Positions 43,269-57,815 of a DNA stretch of 64,000 nt are shown here, in pieces; positions within the stretch are counted from its first letter, which is position 1; each line of letters starts with the position of its first letter. Source of the stretch: Octopus vulgaris (Eukaryota); the NCBI GenBank assembly GCA_951406725.2, contig OX597825.1, positions 77,562,001 to 77,626,000 of the forward strand, read 5' to 3'. The notes under the pieces were generated by a model. The model ran no database searches, had not been told where the DNA came from, and saw nothing but the letters and a program-made list of their open reading frames with translations. The translations under genes and the position numbers were made by a program.

Positions 43269-44210
43269 TTATTATTATTATTATTATTATTACTATTATT
43301 ATTACTATTATTATTACTATTATTATTACTATTATTATTGTTGTTGTCGTTGTTGTTGTTGTTATTGTTGTTATTGTTGCAGGAAGTTTATAAGTTTTGT
43401 TGGTGTCACTTTACTAACTTTATTTTATTATTGTTATTGTTGTTGTTGTTGTTGTTGTTATTGTTATTGTCGCTAATCCTAACTATCGTGTCGTTTGATT
43501 ATTTACCGTCCGCTATATCCACCAACGTTGCTATTGCAGTTGTGCCGTTGATATCATTATCACTATAGTTGCTGTTGTTGTTGTTGTTGGTGCTGTTGTT
43601 GCTGTAATTATTTTCACCGTAAACCGCCGCCATCGTTGTCGTTGTTGTTGTTCTCCTTATAACGCTCCCCCACGACTGCTCTATTTGTGCCGCTAATCCC
43701 ATCCTTCGTCTTTATGTAGATGTCACCATATTGTTTCTCGCTGTTATTATTTCAAACCTCGTGTAAATGTTGTTGTTGCTATTGTTACTATCCCAACTAT
43801 TATTGTTGTTGCAATAACGACAGCCCTTGTCGTTGTTGTTGCTATTGTTTTAGCTACCACACCTAACTACTCTTTGTACCCTTACCGTTTTTATCATCGT
43901 TACAACACTAAATATTCTCCTTGTTCTTCTTCCTGTCATTAGACCTACACTCTTTGTTGCTGTTGTTGTTGTTGTTGCTATTTTTAAAATTGTTGTTGTA
44001 ATAACTTTAACCTTTGTCATTTTTTTGTCTTAATTGTTGTTGCGATTGTTATTTTCACAGCTATTCTCTTACAGAAATGTTGTCGCTAACATTGTTGCTA
44101 ATCCCCTTATAGTTGCTATTTATTCGTTTGTTGACGTTTTCCAATTAAGGTATTATCCAGTGTTGCAATTACTGTTGTTGTTGTTGCTGCTGTTCTTATT
44201 GTTGTTGTTG

Positions 44211-44246
<36 letters not shown>

Positions 44247-44755
44247 TCCCCGGTCCTCTTTCATCCGTTACTTTGTTTTTGCTGGTGTCCATCATGGTTA
44301 TGCTGTTGCTGTTGATAATGATGATGATGATCATGTTGCTGTGGTTACTGCTGTTGATGTTACTGATGTTTTAACCGTCGTGGCATTTATGGGGAAGAGA
44401 ACGATGGAGAGGATGCAGGTGGGGGTGGGGGTGGGGGTGGGGGTGGTGGTGGTGGTGGCGGCGGCGGCGATGACGATGACGATGAGTATATGATGATGGT
44501 GATGGTGGTAGTAGTGGTAGTGGTGGTGGTGGTGATGGTAATGGTGGTAATTTTGGGGGTGATGGTAGGGGGTGCGTGTGGAGGTGATGATGTTTATGAT
44601 GATTATGATTGATGATGATGATGATGAGAAGCGTGATGATGAGATTGATGATGATGTTGATGATGATGATGATGATGATTATGATGATTAGGATGATGAT
44701 TAGAATGATGATGATGATGACTAGGATGATGATGATTAGCATAATGATGAGGATA

Positions 44756-44800
<45 letters not shown>

Positions 44801-45416
44801 TCGGTCATGTTGAGCTTGACCAACACTTGTGATGCGGCTCGTAAATCTCAAAGTTTTGTCCCGAATAAATCGCTGGTATCATTGTTTCCCTATTTAGAAA
44901 GAGGCATGAACGTCACCACAGCCCATTGAAGTCTTCCCCCCAATACTTTGCACCTTGGAAGAAAAAACAAGGAGGAAACAACAAAAAACAAACATCATCC
45001 ACACACCAATCCATCCGTGACCCTCAAAACACACATTAATACTTGCAACGCCCCCTGCAGCAACATAAACAGTTGACCATCGTTACCTACCATCGTACGT
45101 GTTGTTTTCTTATTCACATCTATTCACGTTGTTTGTTTTCACAACACTATCACGTGGGAATTGAACTTCCGGTAAGTTAGCTTCCTGTCTGGTTTCGACT
45201 TTTCTTTCCCTTTCCTTTCCTTTTATTTTATTTTATTTTATTTTATTTTATTTTATTTTATTTCATATCATTTTTCCGTTGAATTTCTTTATTTATTTTT
45301 GAGACCTGGTACTTACTTTCTCGGTTTCTTTTGCAGAGACGCTAAGTTACAAACCCTCACCGGCATCCATACATACATATATACATGTGTGTGTGTATTT
45401 AGACATACATACTCAT

Positions 45417-45452
<36 letters not shown>

Positions 45453-45581
45453 GTGTGTATTTTGTAAGGTCAGAGCGCAAGAGGGGTCGTGACCAGGACG
45501 TTAACCAACAACAACAACAACACCCGTAAGAGTAGCAACGGCAGCGGCACTAACAATAACAACAACCACAGCAACAACAGA

Positions 45582-45636
<55 letters not shown>

Positions 45637-45961
45637 GCTACAACAAATGCAAACAACAATATAATTCACCTCAACAACAACAACAGCAATCATAATAATA
45701 AGAACAACAGCTGAAACTAATGCAACAATGTCACATTATATAATCATTACCAACAACAACAACGACAACAGCATCTGCAATTACAAAACAATAAATGCAA
45801 CAATAACAATAACAGTGTAAACTGTAATAATAAAGCTTTAAAAAAACAATTTGCACAACTGCAGCAAGGAAAGGCAGGAAGAATACGAAGATAATAAATA
45901 AAGCAAGCAACAACAACGACAAAACAATAGCACCGTAAACAACAATAACATCAGCAATAGC

Positions 45962-46023
<62 letters not shown>

Positions 46024-46054
46024 TAATGATGATGATGATGACGATGATGCTTTT

Positions 46055-46186
46055 AAATGGAAGCACAAGGCCTCAAATTTGGGGGAAAAGATTAAGTGGA
46101 TTATGTCTACCCGAGTGCGTAACAGGTAGTTATTCAATCGAAACCGAAAGGATGAAAGGCAAAGTCGACCTCGGTGAAATCTGAAT

Positions 46187-46255
<69 letters not shown>

Positions 46256-46608
46256 TCCTTCACTCGCCCTAGGACGCTAGGTGTGTCTCGACGAGTGATT
46301 GTAACAAACATGCAAATTAAAAGTATACGACAGCGAAAACAATAGCAATAACAACAACAACAACAACAACAATAATAATAATAATAATAATAATAATTTC
46401 TACTAAAGACCCTACGCCCGAAATTTTAGGGGAGGGGATTAGTCCCTTACATCAACCCAAATGTTTCACTGGTGCTTATTTCATCGACACCGAAAGTAGT
46501 AAAGGCAAAGTCGACCACTGCGGAATTTGAAATCAGAACGTAGCGACAGGCGAAATACCGCGAAGAATTTTGCTCTGGCACGCTAACGACTCTCCCAACT
46601 CGCCGCCC
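46055..46608 (-). mobile_element. Two SINE family B copies in (AAT)n
   Basis: Units at about 46055-46186 and 46398-46608 with the CGAAAG.ATGAAAGGCAAAGTCGACC core. Confidence 0.8.
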
Positions 46609-46619
46609 TGATAATAATA

Positions 46620-46665
<46 letters not shown>

Positions 46666-47218
46666 TGATGATGATGATGATAATGACGATGATGATTTTT
46701 TTTATTGGCCACAAGGGCCGAAAACAAAACATAGGAACAAACGGGAGATTATACAATGAAGTGTATACAATAACAGTAAGAATTAACAAAAAAAGTGTAA
46801 CAACAAAAATGTCCAAAAGGTCGGGGTGGGGGAGGAGCAATAACAAGAAAAAAATAATGTCAACAACAATAATAAAGTTTACAAAAACAATTGAAAAAAT
46901 AACAACAACAATATGAACTATATCAACTAAAAATACTACTACTACTACTGCAACAGAAACAGTAGCAACAACACAACAACACAACAACAACACGGCTACA
47001 CAACAATTAGAACAAACTTCCACTCCTCCCACGACCACCACCTCAGCCTGCAGCACCACTACCAACACCAGCAACAACATAAACAGGAGCAACACAAACA
47101 ACACCTTCATTCGACCATACTACTACTACTACTACTACTAATACTACTACCACTACTACTACCAACACCACCAACACCACCACTACTACTACTACTACTA
47201 CTACACAACACCACCACC

Positions 47219-47256
<38 letters not shown>

Positions 47257-47303
47257 AACTACTACTACTGCTACTACTACTACTACTACTACGGCTACTA
47301 CGG

Positions 47304-47340
<37 letters not shown>

Positions 47341-47342
47341 GG

Positions 47343-47381
<39 letters not shown>

Positions 47382-47805
47382 TAGTGGTAGTAGTAATATG
47401 AACACCTGCGGCAGTAGTGACAACACTAACAACACAACACAACGCAACACAACACAAGCACAACAACGATAAAACAAAAGCAATTTTTCCCCCTCCTTCC
47501 ATGACCACCACCACCGCCACCGCCGCCACCAGCACCACCACCACCACAGCGAGCACCAGGTCCAAACAAATAACAACAATAACAACAACAGTGTCAACAC
47601 AACCAACGCCGCCGCCGCCGCCTTCGCCCCCTCCGCCGCCTCAGTCGCATCAGCTGTCACCAGGTTCGTTGTAAAAATCCGCAAATCGACGACCAGCGAT
47701 TTACATGCATCGGGAGATCTATCAATGGATTCCACTATGGCTACTCATTGGATTTAGCTGACGACGCTGACGCTGACACTGACGCTGCCCGTTTACTGTG
47801 TTCTG

Positions 47806-47836
<31 letters not shown>

Positions 47837-48003
47837 CTGTGATTGTTTTAGTTTGTTTTTTTTATTGCTGTTGTTGCCGTTGTTGTTGTCGTAACATGGT
47901 TTCCGTCGGCAACGCTGGGAAGCTGAGCTGCTAGCAATAGCAAAACACGAGCCTTCGCTGCCTCAGGGCATTCCGTAATGCTACCACTTCCACTAACGCT
48001 ATA

Positions 48004-48056
<53 letters not shown>

Positions 48057-48129
48057 CACCACTACTACTACTACCACCACCACCACCACCACCCCCACCA
48101 CCACCACCACCACCACCACCACCACCACC

Positions 48130-48201
<72 letters not shown>

Positions 48202-48386
48202 ACCACTACTACTACCGCCACCAGTACCACCAAACACCACCACCACTACTACTACTGCTACTACTACCACTACCACTACAACTACCACCACCATAACCAC
48301 TACTACTACTACCACCACCACCAACCAGTACCGCCAAACATCACCACCACCACCTCTACAACTACTACTACTACTACTATCAAGGC

Positions 48387-48423
<37 letters not shown>

Positions 48424-50183
48424 GTCGTCGTCGTCGTTGTCGTCGCTGTAGATATTAAGAGTAACTACCACATTCATCATCATCGTCATCATCATCAGCT
48501 TCAGCTTCATCATCATCATCATCGTCATCATCATCATCAGCTTCATCATCATCATCATCATCATCATCTTCATCGGCAAAATTCAAACAGCTGCACTGAT
48601 GACGCCACCACACCTACTTGCACCGCAACTTCCTTTACAAATAGTACCACTAATCTACTAGATCCAAACTAGGTTAAAAACAAAAAAAAAATTGCTGCTT
48701 TCCTGCCCGTACTAACACAGCAACCACCACTACCACCACCACCACCACCACCACCACAACCCTAAACTCTACTACACTTCTCTCCACCACAACGACCACG
48801 ATTACCACTTCTACCCCCACTACCATCAATACAACCACCACCACAATCACCACCGACTCCGTCTCTTCAAACACCACCACCACTACCTTTACCACGACCA
48901 GCGCCACCCCCATGAGTACCGTTTCTGTCACCACTACCACCAGAACTACCACAACGGCCACCATCACCTCCACCTCTACCACCACCAACACCAGTACTAA
49001 CAACAATCAACAATGGATCTACCCCCAACCACAACCACCGCTACCATCAATCGTCAGCTTCAAGACTGCCTGAAGTAAATCTCACCACTAATACTACCAC
49101 CATCACTATTATTATTATCAAACACCATCAACACCCCCACCTCGCCACCACCAACAACACCGCCATCAGCACATGTAGCACCAGTTTTGCTATCTTTCTC
49201 GCGATTACCAAAGCCACCACCACCACCACCACCACCACCACCACCACCACCACCACCACCATTATCATCACCAACACTACCACCACCACCACCACCGCTG
49301 CTTCCACTATTATCAGCATCTGTACTGACACCACCACCACCACCACTACCACTATCACCACCATCACCACCACCACCACCGCCATCGCCGCCACACCAAC
49401 AGTCACCATCACCATGCCAGAAGCATTATCATCACGTTACAACCGGTATCACCACCACTAATACCACCTTCACCAATACCACCATCACCACCACCACCAC
49501 CACTACCACCACCACCACCACCAGCGCTACCGCCACCGCCACCACCTCAATCACCACTAACGCAACTAATGCCAGAAGCATCGTCATTACGTTATAACCA
49601 CCACCACCACCACCACCACCACCACCACCACCACTACCACCACCATTTCCATTATTGCCACACCCATCACCATCACTAGCACCAGCTCCACCGCAAGCAC
49701 TATCCTCCTCATCAGCACTATCGCCACCTCTCCCACCACCACCACCACCACCACCGCCGCCGCCACCGCCACCTCCACCATCACAACAAGCACCGTTATT
49801 GTCATCATCACTATCACCATGATGGACTGCCTGGAGGAGGAGAATTTACCATTATTCGCAGAAAAAAAAAAAGAAAAATAAATTCGAAAACAATTGCCTC
49901 CGGTCTTTGATTAACCACGAAGCAAAGAATTCCGTCGAATTTCGTCCATAAACACTAACAGACCGATATTAATCGGCGTACTACTCAACACACCGCCGCT
50001 ATTTAATAACGACACCGCTACACCACCAATAACAATAGCGAAAACAATAACTAACCACATAGACAACTATAACATCAACAAAAAGAACAACAACGTGTCC
50101 GCAAGGAATTTTCTACCGTGGTTAGCGGAACTGTCAGTGATAACTGGAGCCAACATTTTATTTCTTCTAACACAAAAACAAGA

Positions 50184-50260
<77 letters not shown>

Positions 50261-50430
50261 GACAATGATAATAATAGATATGGATGGTCACCGATGGGAC
50301 GTCGTCTACCAGTATTTGTTAGGTGTGAGGCAGGACTGACCTGGAGTGGATCCAAACAATAACAACAACATCCGCAAAACAAGACTAGGAATTAGGAAAT
50401 TGGCAACAGCAACAAGAGTATGTATAACAC

Positions 50431-50500
<70 letters not shown>

Positions 50501-50932
50501 GGTTTCGTAATGTTACCATAAGAACAACATAAATACAGGAACATTTAAGGAAAAAAAAACGACAATCAAAGAATATATTTAAAAAAATATCAAAAACTAT
50601 TGAAAAAAAATTGAAAAAATGTATATGTATATAAATAAACAAAAGTATATGTAAAAAAAAATAAAACGAATTTCCTTGTTTTACCGGAAGGGGAAAAAAG
50701 AAGAAACGAAAATAAAAAGCGGAAAAAAAGAAAAATATATATATATAAGAAAGTACAAAGGAAGAAAGAAAAAAAAAGGAAGAAAAGATATTTTGATGGG
50801 AATAATGAAGGCGATTAACCGTAAAACGAAAGTGAAAGTAGAATTGAAATGTAGACAACTGGAAAAAGTACTTTAAAATGAAAACAAGCAAAGGATAATT
50901 CATATACATACATACATACATACATACATACA

Positions 50933-50968
<36 letters not shown>

Positions 50969-51698
50969 TATATTTGTATATATATAATTGTATATGTGTT
51001 TATATATATGTAGAAACGAAAATTACCGGAAAGCGAAGCGAAACAATAACCAGGACTAAAACCCATTTGATTTATATTCTGATGACTGATTGACTGTTTG
51101 TGTATGAGCGTCCATATATATATATATATGTATATACACATATAAATGAATGCATGTATGTATATGCATGGTGAAAGTGTGAGAGACGAGATGGACATAT
51201 TCAGATAAAAAGAAAACAGACGTGTGGGGGGGAAAGGGGAACAAAGGCAAGTAAAGAAGCAAGGCAACTTATGATCTGTTGAAAGGGAGAGGATGAGTGA
51301 GAAAAAAGAAATATATAGTTAGATAGATAAATAGAGAGAGAGAGAGAGAGAAATGATAAGATGGAATTGTGTGTTATAGAGAAAGAGAGGAATGAAAAAT
51401 GTAGGGATAGCATGATATAATATGTGAGGGGTAAAAAGAAGGGGCGTAGAGAAAGGAAAAGAAAACTTCGTGGGGACTAAGAATTATGACATAATTAAAT
51501 AAAAGTTAGAAAAAAGGAATAACTTATATATATATATATATATGCATGTATGTATATACAAACTTATATACATATATGTACATATATATATAGAGTTATG
51601 TATATGTATAATTTTTACATATATTCAAATATGTATATATATATTTACCCAGATATTTGTAAACAAATACACAAATTGCGCTCATGAGTGTCTGGGCA

Positions 51699-51778
<80 letters not shown>

Positions 51779-51915
51779 TAATAACAATAACGACAGCAAA
51801 ACAAAGAGATAAGGTGTGGACAAAGTTAAGTGAAAGAGAGAGAGAGAGAGAGAGAGAGAGTGAGAGAGAGAGAAGAGTAAAAAGTAAAGAGTGAAAGAGA
51901 TTGTTTGACTTCATA

Positions 51916-51947
<32 letters not shown>

Positions 51948-52230
51948 TCTTCCTATATATGCATGTGTATATATATATGTATATATATCATTTAAGCAAG
52001 TATTAGGTAGTAGAGACAGATAGCTGGATGGATAAAGAAACAGATAGAGAGATAAGTAGATAGATTGCTAGATAAATCGATAGATATGTAGATAGATGCA
52101 TATATGATGAGAGAGCGAGAAAGAGGAGGAAAGAAAAAAAACAGAATGAGTGATTGACAATATAAACTAATCAACCAAAACAAAAAAAAAGAACAAAAAA
52201 AAGAACATAAACAAAAAGTAAAAAAAAAAA

Positions 52231-52440
52231 ATGGAGTTTCCATGTGCGATATTTCTTGGCTGGACTATGGCATTGTTGTGGTCACTACGATTGTCCGTAG
52301 AAGCTGGACCCCCCGGTAAACGGCTCCATCATCAACTGATGGTACATCGAAACTATAACAAACTGTTACGACCGATGGGATCCCATGCCGGACGCTTGTC
52401 GGTGAAACTTGGTATGAGACTCTCGCAACTTCTAGACGTG
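52231..52440 (+). CDS. Nicotinic acetylcholine receptor (Cys-loop ligand-gated ion channel) subunit, first coding exon
   Basis: The exon is 210 nt (70 codons): [25 protein letters not shown]|[45 protein letters not shown]. It has a hydrophobic signal peptide with a VEA-G cleavage site, then the nAChR N-terminal signature (KRL..L...YNKLxRP...L.VKLG.RLSQL.DV). It ends in a phase-0 GT donor (GTG|gtaggt at 52441), the conserved nAChR intron position after 'DV'. Alpha versus non-alpha cannot be determined from this exon. Confidence 0.93.
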
Positions 52441-52596
52441 GTAGGTGCAATCTCTTTCTATCTATTTTAATATTGTCTCTGGATGCTGTTGTGCTTTGCA
52501 GATGGCCCTTATAAGTCATATGTTTATACGCTCTGTTCTGGTGGCAACATTCTCTCACACAGACTATGTAATATATATATATATATATACATATAT

Positions 52597-52655
<59 letters not shown>

Positions 52656-52701
52656 TATTTGTATATATATATGTCTGTATGTATGTATGCGCATATATAT
52701 A

Positions 52702-52741
<40 letters not shown>

Positions 52742-52743
52742 TA

Positions 52744-52784
<41 letters not shown>

Positions 52785-53026
52785 ATACATACATACATAT
52801 ACATACATATATATATATATATATACATACATATATATATATACATACATATATATATATATATATATACATATATATATGTATATATGTATATATGTAT
52901 GTGTGTGTGTGTATGTGTATGCATTTCTCTTTACAGCTAGCGAGCTGCGGCCATGCTGGGATGTCACCATTTAAAATAAATGCCACAAAGCTGTTTACTC
53001 TCTCGCTCTCTTTCTCTCTCTCTCTT

Positions 53027-53061
<35 letters not shown>

Positions 53062-53578
53062 CTCTCTGTCTCTCTCTCTCATTCTCCCTCTCTATTCATC
53101 TCTCCGAATATATATATATATATTTATATATATATATATATTTGAAGGCCAGCCGGCCGCACCTTCGAAGTTACTTTCAACCTTTCTCGTACAGCTATTA
53201 CAAATATATACTCAACAAAACAAAAAGAAAGTCTCGAGTAATTCTGGCGATTAATATCGAACTGTCACCATTCTCACACCATACAAAACACAACCACCCG
53301 TATATATACACACATAACGGGTGTAAAGAGGTTTTATTTTAAATGTCCGTAATTTTGACCTACTTATCTTAGTTGATCGAAGTTGTTGTTGTTTTGTGGT
53401 TTTGGTGGTGGTGGTAGTGGTGGTGGTGGTGGTGGTGGTGGTGGATGTAGTGGTTGTGTGGTCAGTGGTTGTGGTGGTGGCAATGGTGGGTTCGTTATTG
53501 TCGTTGTTGATGGTATTGTTGTTATGGATACCGGTAGATGTAGCTGCGAAGGTGACGGTCGCGCTAGATGCTGCTGCT

Positions 53579-53616
<38 letters not shown>

Positions 53617-55964
53617 TTTACTGCTGGTGACGGTAGTGGTGGTATTGGTGCTAGTGTTGGTGACGGTGGTGGTGGTATTGGTGGTAGTGTTGGTGACGGT
53701 GGTGGTGGTGGTGGTTGTGGTGATGGCAGTAGTGGTGGTGAGGTAGGTGGTGGTAGTTATGGTGGAAGTGATTGTGGTATTAGTAGCAGTGGTGTTGGTG
53801 ATGCTGTTGATGATGGTGATAATAGTGATGCTAGTCATGGCTGTAGTTGTGGTGACGGCTGTGAAATTGCTGATGGTGGTGGCGGTAGTGGTAGTGGCGG
53901 TGGCGGTGGCAGTGGTGGTGGTTGAAAGTACCGCAGTTTTAGTAGTTTCGTCGTTATACAATTATACTGTTGTTGTTGTTGTTGTTGCTGTTGTTTAACC
54001 CTAGGACAGACCCGATCAGATGTCATTGTTCGTGGTTCTGGTGGTGATGACTGTTCTGACGATGTTATGGGTGTTAGCGTCGATGGTGGTGGTCGTGGTA
54101 ATAGTCGTCATCGTCGTTGTAGTAGTGGTGGAGGTAGTGGTGGTGGTGGTGGTGGTGGTGGTGGTGGTGGAGGTAGTTGTGAAGGTATTGGTGGAGGTAG
54201 TGGTGGTGGTCGTCATCGTCGTGATAGTGGCGCCCGGTTGTAAGCCTTGCTATATCGGCTTATTGTTGTTCTTGTTGCTGCTGTTGTTGTTAGCCTTATC
54301 CCCGCCCCCACCCCGTGATTTTTGATCGATCAAACCCTTGATTATTTACTTGTAGTTATTATCGATATTGTTGTTGCTGCTGCTGCTGCTATTATTGGTT
54401 GTTGTAATGCTGGCGGCGGCGGCGACGGCGACGGCTGCAGTTGTGAATATGATTGATTGATGTGAGATAATGGTGGCTGCTGTGTTTGTTGTTGAGCCCC
54501 AGGTCAGCCCCCGGTGGATCACATCTATGATTATTATTTTCAATCGTTCACGGTGTTCGTTATTGCAGGGGGATAGGTTGGGTGGAGATGTCGGAGGTGA
54601 GAAAGTTGGTGGGGGTGGCAGGGGTGGTGGTTGTGATGCTAGTCTTGGTGGTAGTGGTGGTAATAGTGAGGGCGGTGTTGGTTGTAGTGGTTATGGTGGT
54701 TGTGGAGGTGGCGGTGGTGGTGGTGGTAGTGTTTGTGGTAATGTTTGTGGTAGTGGTTGTAGTGATGTTGGTGTTGGCTGTTGTTGTTGCTGTTGTGGTA
54801 GTGGTGGTGGTGGCGGTGGTGGTAGTCTCGGTGGTAATGGTGTTGGTTGTAGTAATGATGGTGGTGGTGGTGGTGGTGGTGGTTATAGTATCTTAAGTGG
54901 TGATAGTGGCGTTAAAGTTGGTGGTTTTGGTGGTGGTTGACTCTGGACATTAGACTTCACTTAGTATTTATCTTGTTGTACGTGTGGTGGTGGTGCTGGT
55001 GGTGGGGTTAGCGTTGCTGATTGTGTTGGTAGTGATGCTAATGACGATGGTGGTGGTGGTGATTGTGGTGATGATGGTGTTAGTGATTATAATGGTGTTG
55101 ACTCTGGTCATTAGACTTCAGTCGATGTTGGTCTTGTTTTTTTTTGTTTTGTTATTGTTCCTGTTGATTGTGGTGACCTAATTAGGTTAACAATTTGACC
55201 TGATTCGATTGCCCCACGATCAAAAGCTTCTAGCCCTGACCATGTTTGGACAGGACATTGTGCATCTCAAGAGCGCTCTTTGGTCACGGCGGACCTTGGG
55301 TTTCTTGTAGCTGGAAAGTTCCTTTCGGAGAGGCAGGCCTGGACAAGGATTTCTCGTTCCCTAGATAAATGGCAGTTGTCTTTGCATGCAAGCCATCTCC
55401 TCCTCACACCATAATATTGTCCAAGGGGCAGTTAATGCCTAAACCAGCCTGACACTATTGTTATTGCACTGGTGACCCTAGGAAGGAAGAGAGTACGGAC
55501 AGGTACCACAAAACAACTTATCTGACGCTCCACCGATTCCTACATTCCATAACCGTAAAGAGATACTTTATCTATTCATTGGCCCTGAAGCTATAAAATG
55601 CAAAGTTGATCTTGGTGGGGTTCGAACTAAATCACTTAGAATCGTAACACATGCCGTCCTGGTTTCTATTCAACACTTTCGAAAATCTGCCAATTTGCTG
55701 CCCATCTAAAACTTCGACGCTATTTTATATCACTTCTGGTCTAAAATTGTAGAACGTTATGGGGGAATTAGATGCTATTTCTTGTAGGTCGAAAAACTAC
55801 ATAGACGCTCCCATACTGGTTTATGTGAAATATTATTGTTTAACCCCAAGAGATGCCCTGATCCAGTAGATACAGGGCTAGCAGCGATCCAATAGTCATT
55901 ATGATTTCTCTCCTCAGACGGAATGCTTCGGGAAATACATTATTAAACGAGTATTTCATTTGAA

Positions 55965-56082
55965 CCCTTTGAGCCCGTAACACCGATTCACCGGTGAATG
56001 GTTTATTTTTCTCTATAATGAGTTACCGGCGGAGTACCATGTATATGGTCAAATAAGATTCAGGAGGTCAGAGCTCAAAGGG
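55965..56082. mobile_element. piggyBac-type MITE (118 bp)
   Basis: TGAA|CCCTTTGAGC ... GCTCAAAGGG|TTAA: 10-bp perfect TIRs starting CCC, with a TTAA-type target site (one mismatch on the left). Confidence 0.65.
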
Positions 56083-57118
56083 TTAAGAAGAGAGCTCATT
56101 CTTCCTATCATGGAGTCACCAAATGAAAACCTGGGAAGCTGGAGTGATGGGGGAGATCCTTGAATTGAATTTCACGTTTGGGGAGTAAACAGGCCTTAAA
56201 AAAGAATCTGGTTTCAGTGAGAAAATTCGATTAATAAAATGCTTGATGCTAACAAGAATAGGAACCATATAGAGCAAGAGATTTGACTGCTATATCTAGC
56301 AGGTTATTGAGCTCTTAGAGTCCTTCTAATACATTCATATGATTGGTCGACGTCGTCATCGTTGTCGTCAATGTTGTTTTGTTGTTGTTTACATCTGGAA
56401 CAGACCTGTTTATAAACAAACATATGATCAGAGGCATCCCAGTCGTGACAATCCCACATTTCTCCCACAATGGACAGGAAATCAAAGACTACATTATCTA
56501 CCGTGTCTTTTTCAAGACAATACGGACGTACTTAGAGAGAAATTTGGCTGCTGTTTCTAGAAGATCGAGGGACCACGTAGAGAGCCTCAACTGGTGCCGC
56601 AAAGGCATTTTTTGACACTTCCTCTACGTTGTATGGATGATAATGTCGGCGGCGGTGGTGGTGGTGGTGGTGGTGGTGGTGGTGGTGGTGCTGGAGGTGG
56701 TGGTAGTGGTAGTTTTGGTGGTGGCGGTTTTGGTGGTGGCGGTGGCGTTGTTGATATTATTTCCCCTCTCTGCTGACCTTGATCATTGTTGACGTTTGAT
56801 GAGAGCATTTCCAACCATGACCATCACATCATGTTTGTTTAGAATTAAATGGGAGGAGGGGGGGAAATGAATCCAGTTCCTTGTTTCAAACCTTATGGTA
56901 CAGTTTGAGAGATGTTTGACTGCTGTTTCTAACATGCAATTAGCCATGAAAGATTTCCATTCTTGGTTTGTTGTTGTTGTCGTCGTTGTTCTATTATTAG
57001 TTATAATGTTGACGATGATGATGGTAGTTCTGCATGTAGCCATGGCAACTGTCCTGTTGATATTACTGCTGCTGCTGTCGTTAGAGTAGTTGTTGTAGAA
57101 TTAGAGTGGCTAAATGCT

Positions 57119-57155
<37 letters not shown>

Positions 57156-57269
57156 CAGCAGCAGCAGCAGTAGTAGTAGTTGTTGTTGTTGTTGTTATTG
57201 TAGCAGTAGAAATTATTGTTGGTACTGTTGTTGTTCATGTTATGCTTGTTTACCGATCCCCTGGGGGCA

Positions 57270-57815
57270 CCGCCTAGAAGGGTTTAGTCAAAAAGATCGA
57301 CTCTTCCCGTCCCCCCCCTCTCCGAGTCTGATACTTATTCTATATGACAGTGTTTGCTGTACTGCAAAGGTACGGGGGCGGAAACACACCAACACCGGTT
57401 GCCAAGCGATAGTGGAAGACAACCACAACACGCACGCGCACACACTCACACACATACATACAGAGTGATGCACGCACACACATACAGAGTGCTACACACA
57501 CACACATGCACACAGTGTGACACATACACACATACACACATACACACACACTCACACATACAGTGATACACACACTCACAGTGAGACACATACACACATA
57601 CACACAACAAGAGTTTAATCGAATGTAGTGATCTCGTATCTAGTTCTTAAGCCGGGCACTTTTTCTATCAGAGTCTTTAACTGAATCGCGAATTTCTCAC
57701 AAGACTTTGGTTGGCCCAGAGGCTGAAGTAGAAGAATGCTTGCCCAAGGTACCATGCAGTGGGACTGAACCCGGAATCATGTGATTGGGATTCAAACTTC
57801 TTACCACACAGCCAG
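57270..57815 (-). mobile_element. SINE family A with expanded internal (CA)n
   Basis: Tail part at 57270-57420 (ACGGGG..AAACACACC..CACCGGTTGCCAAGCG) and head part at 57695-57815 (GCAGTGGGACTGAACCCGG). Confidence 0.7.

Noticed and set aside
53251-54940. Gly-rich / Thr-rich ORFs resembling structural proteins or mucins
   Set aside because: Degenerate (GGT)n open in several frames on both strands, lying in the nAChR intron.
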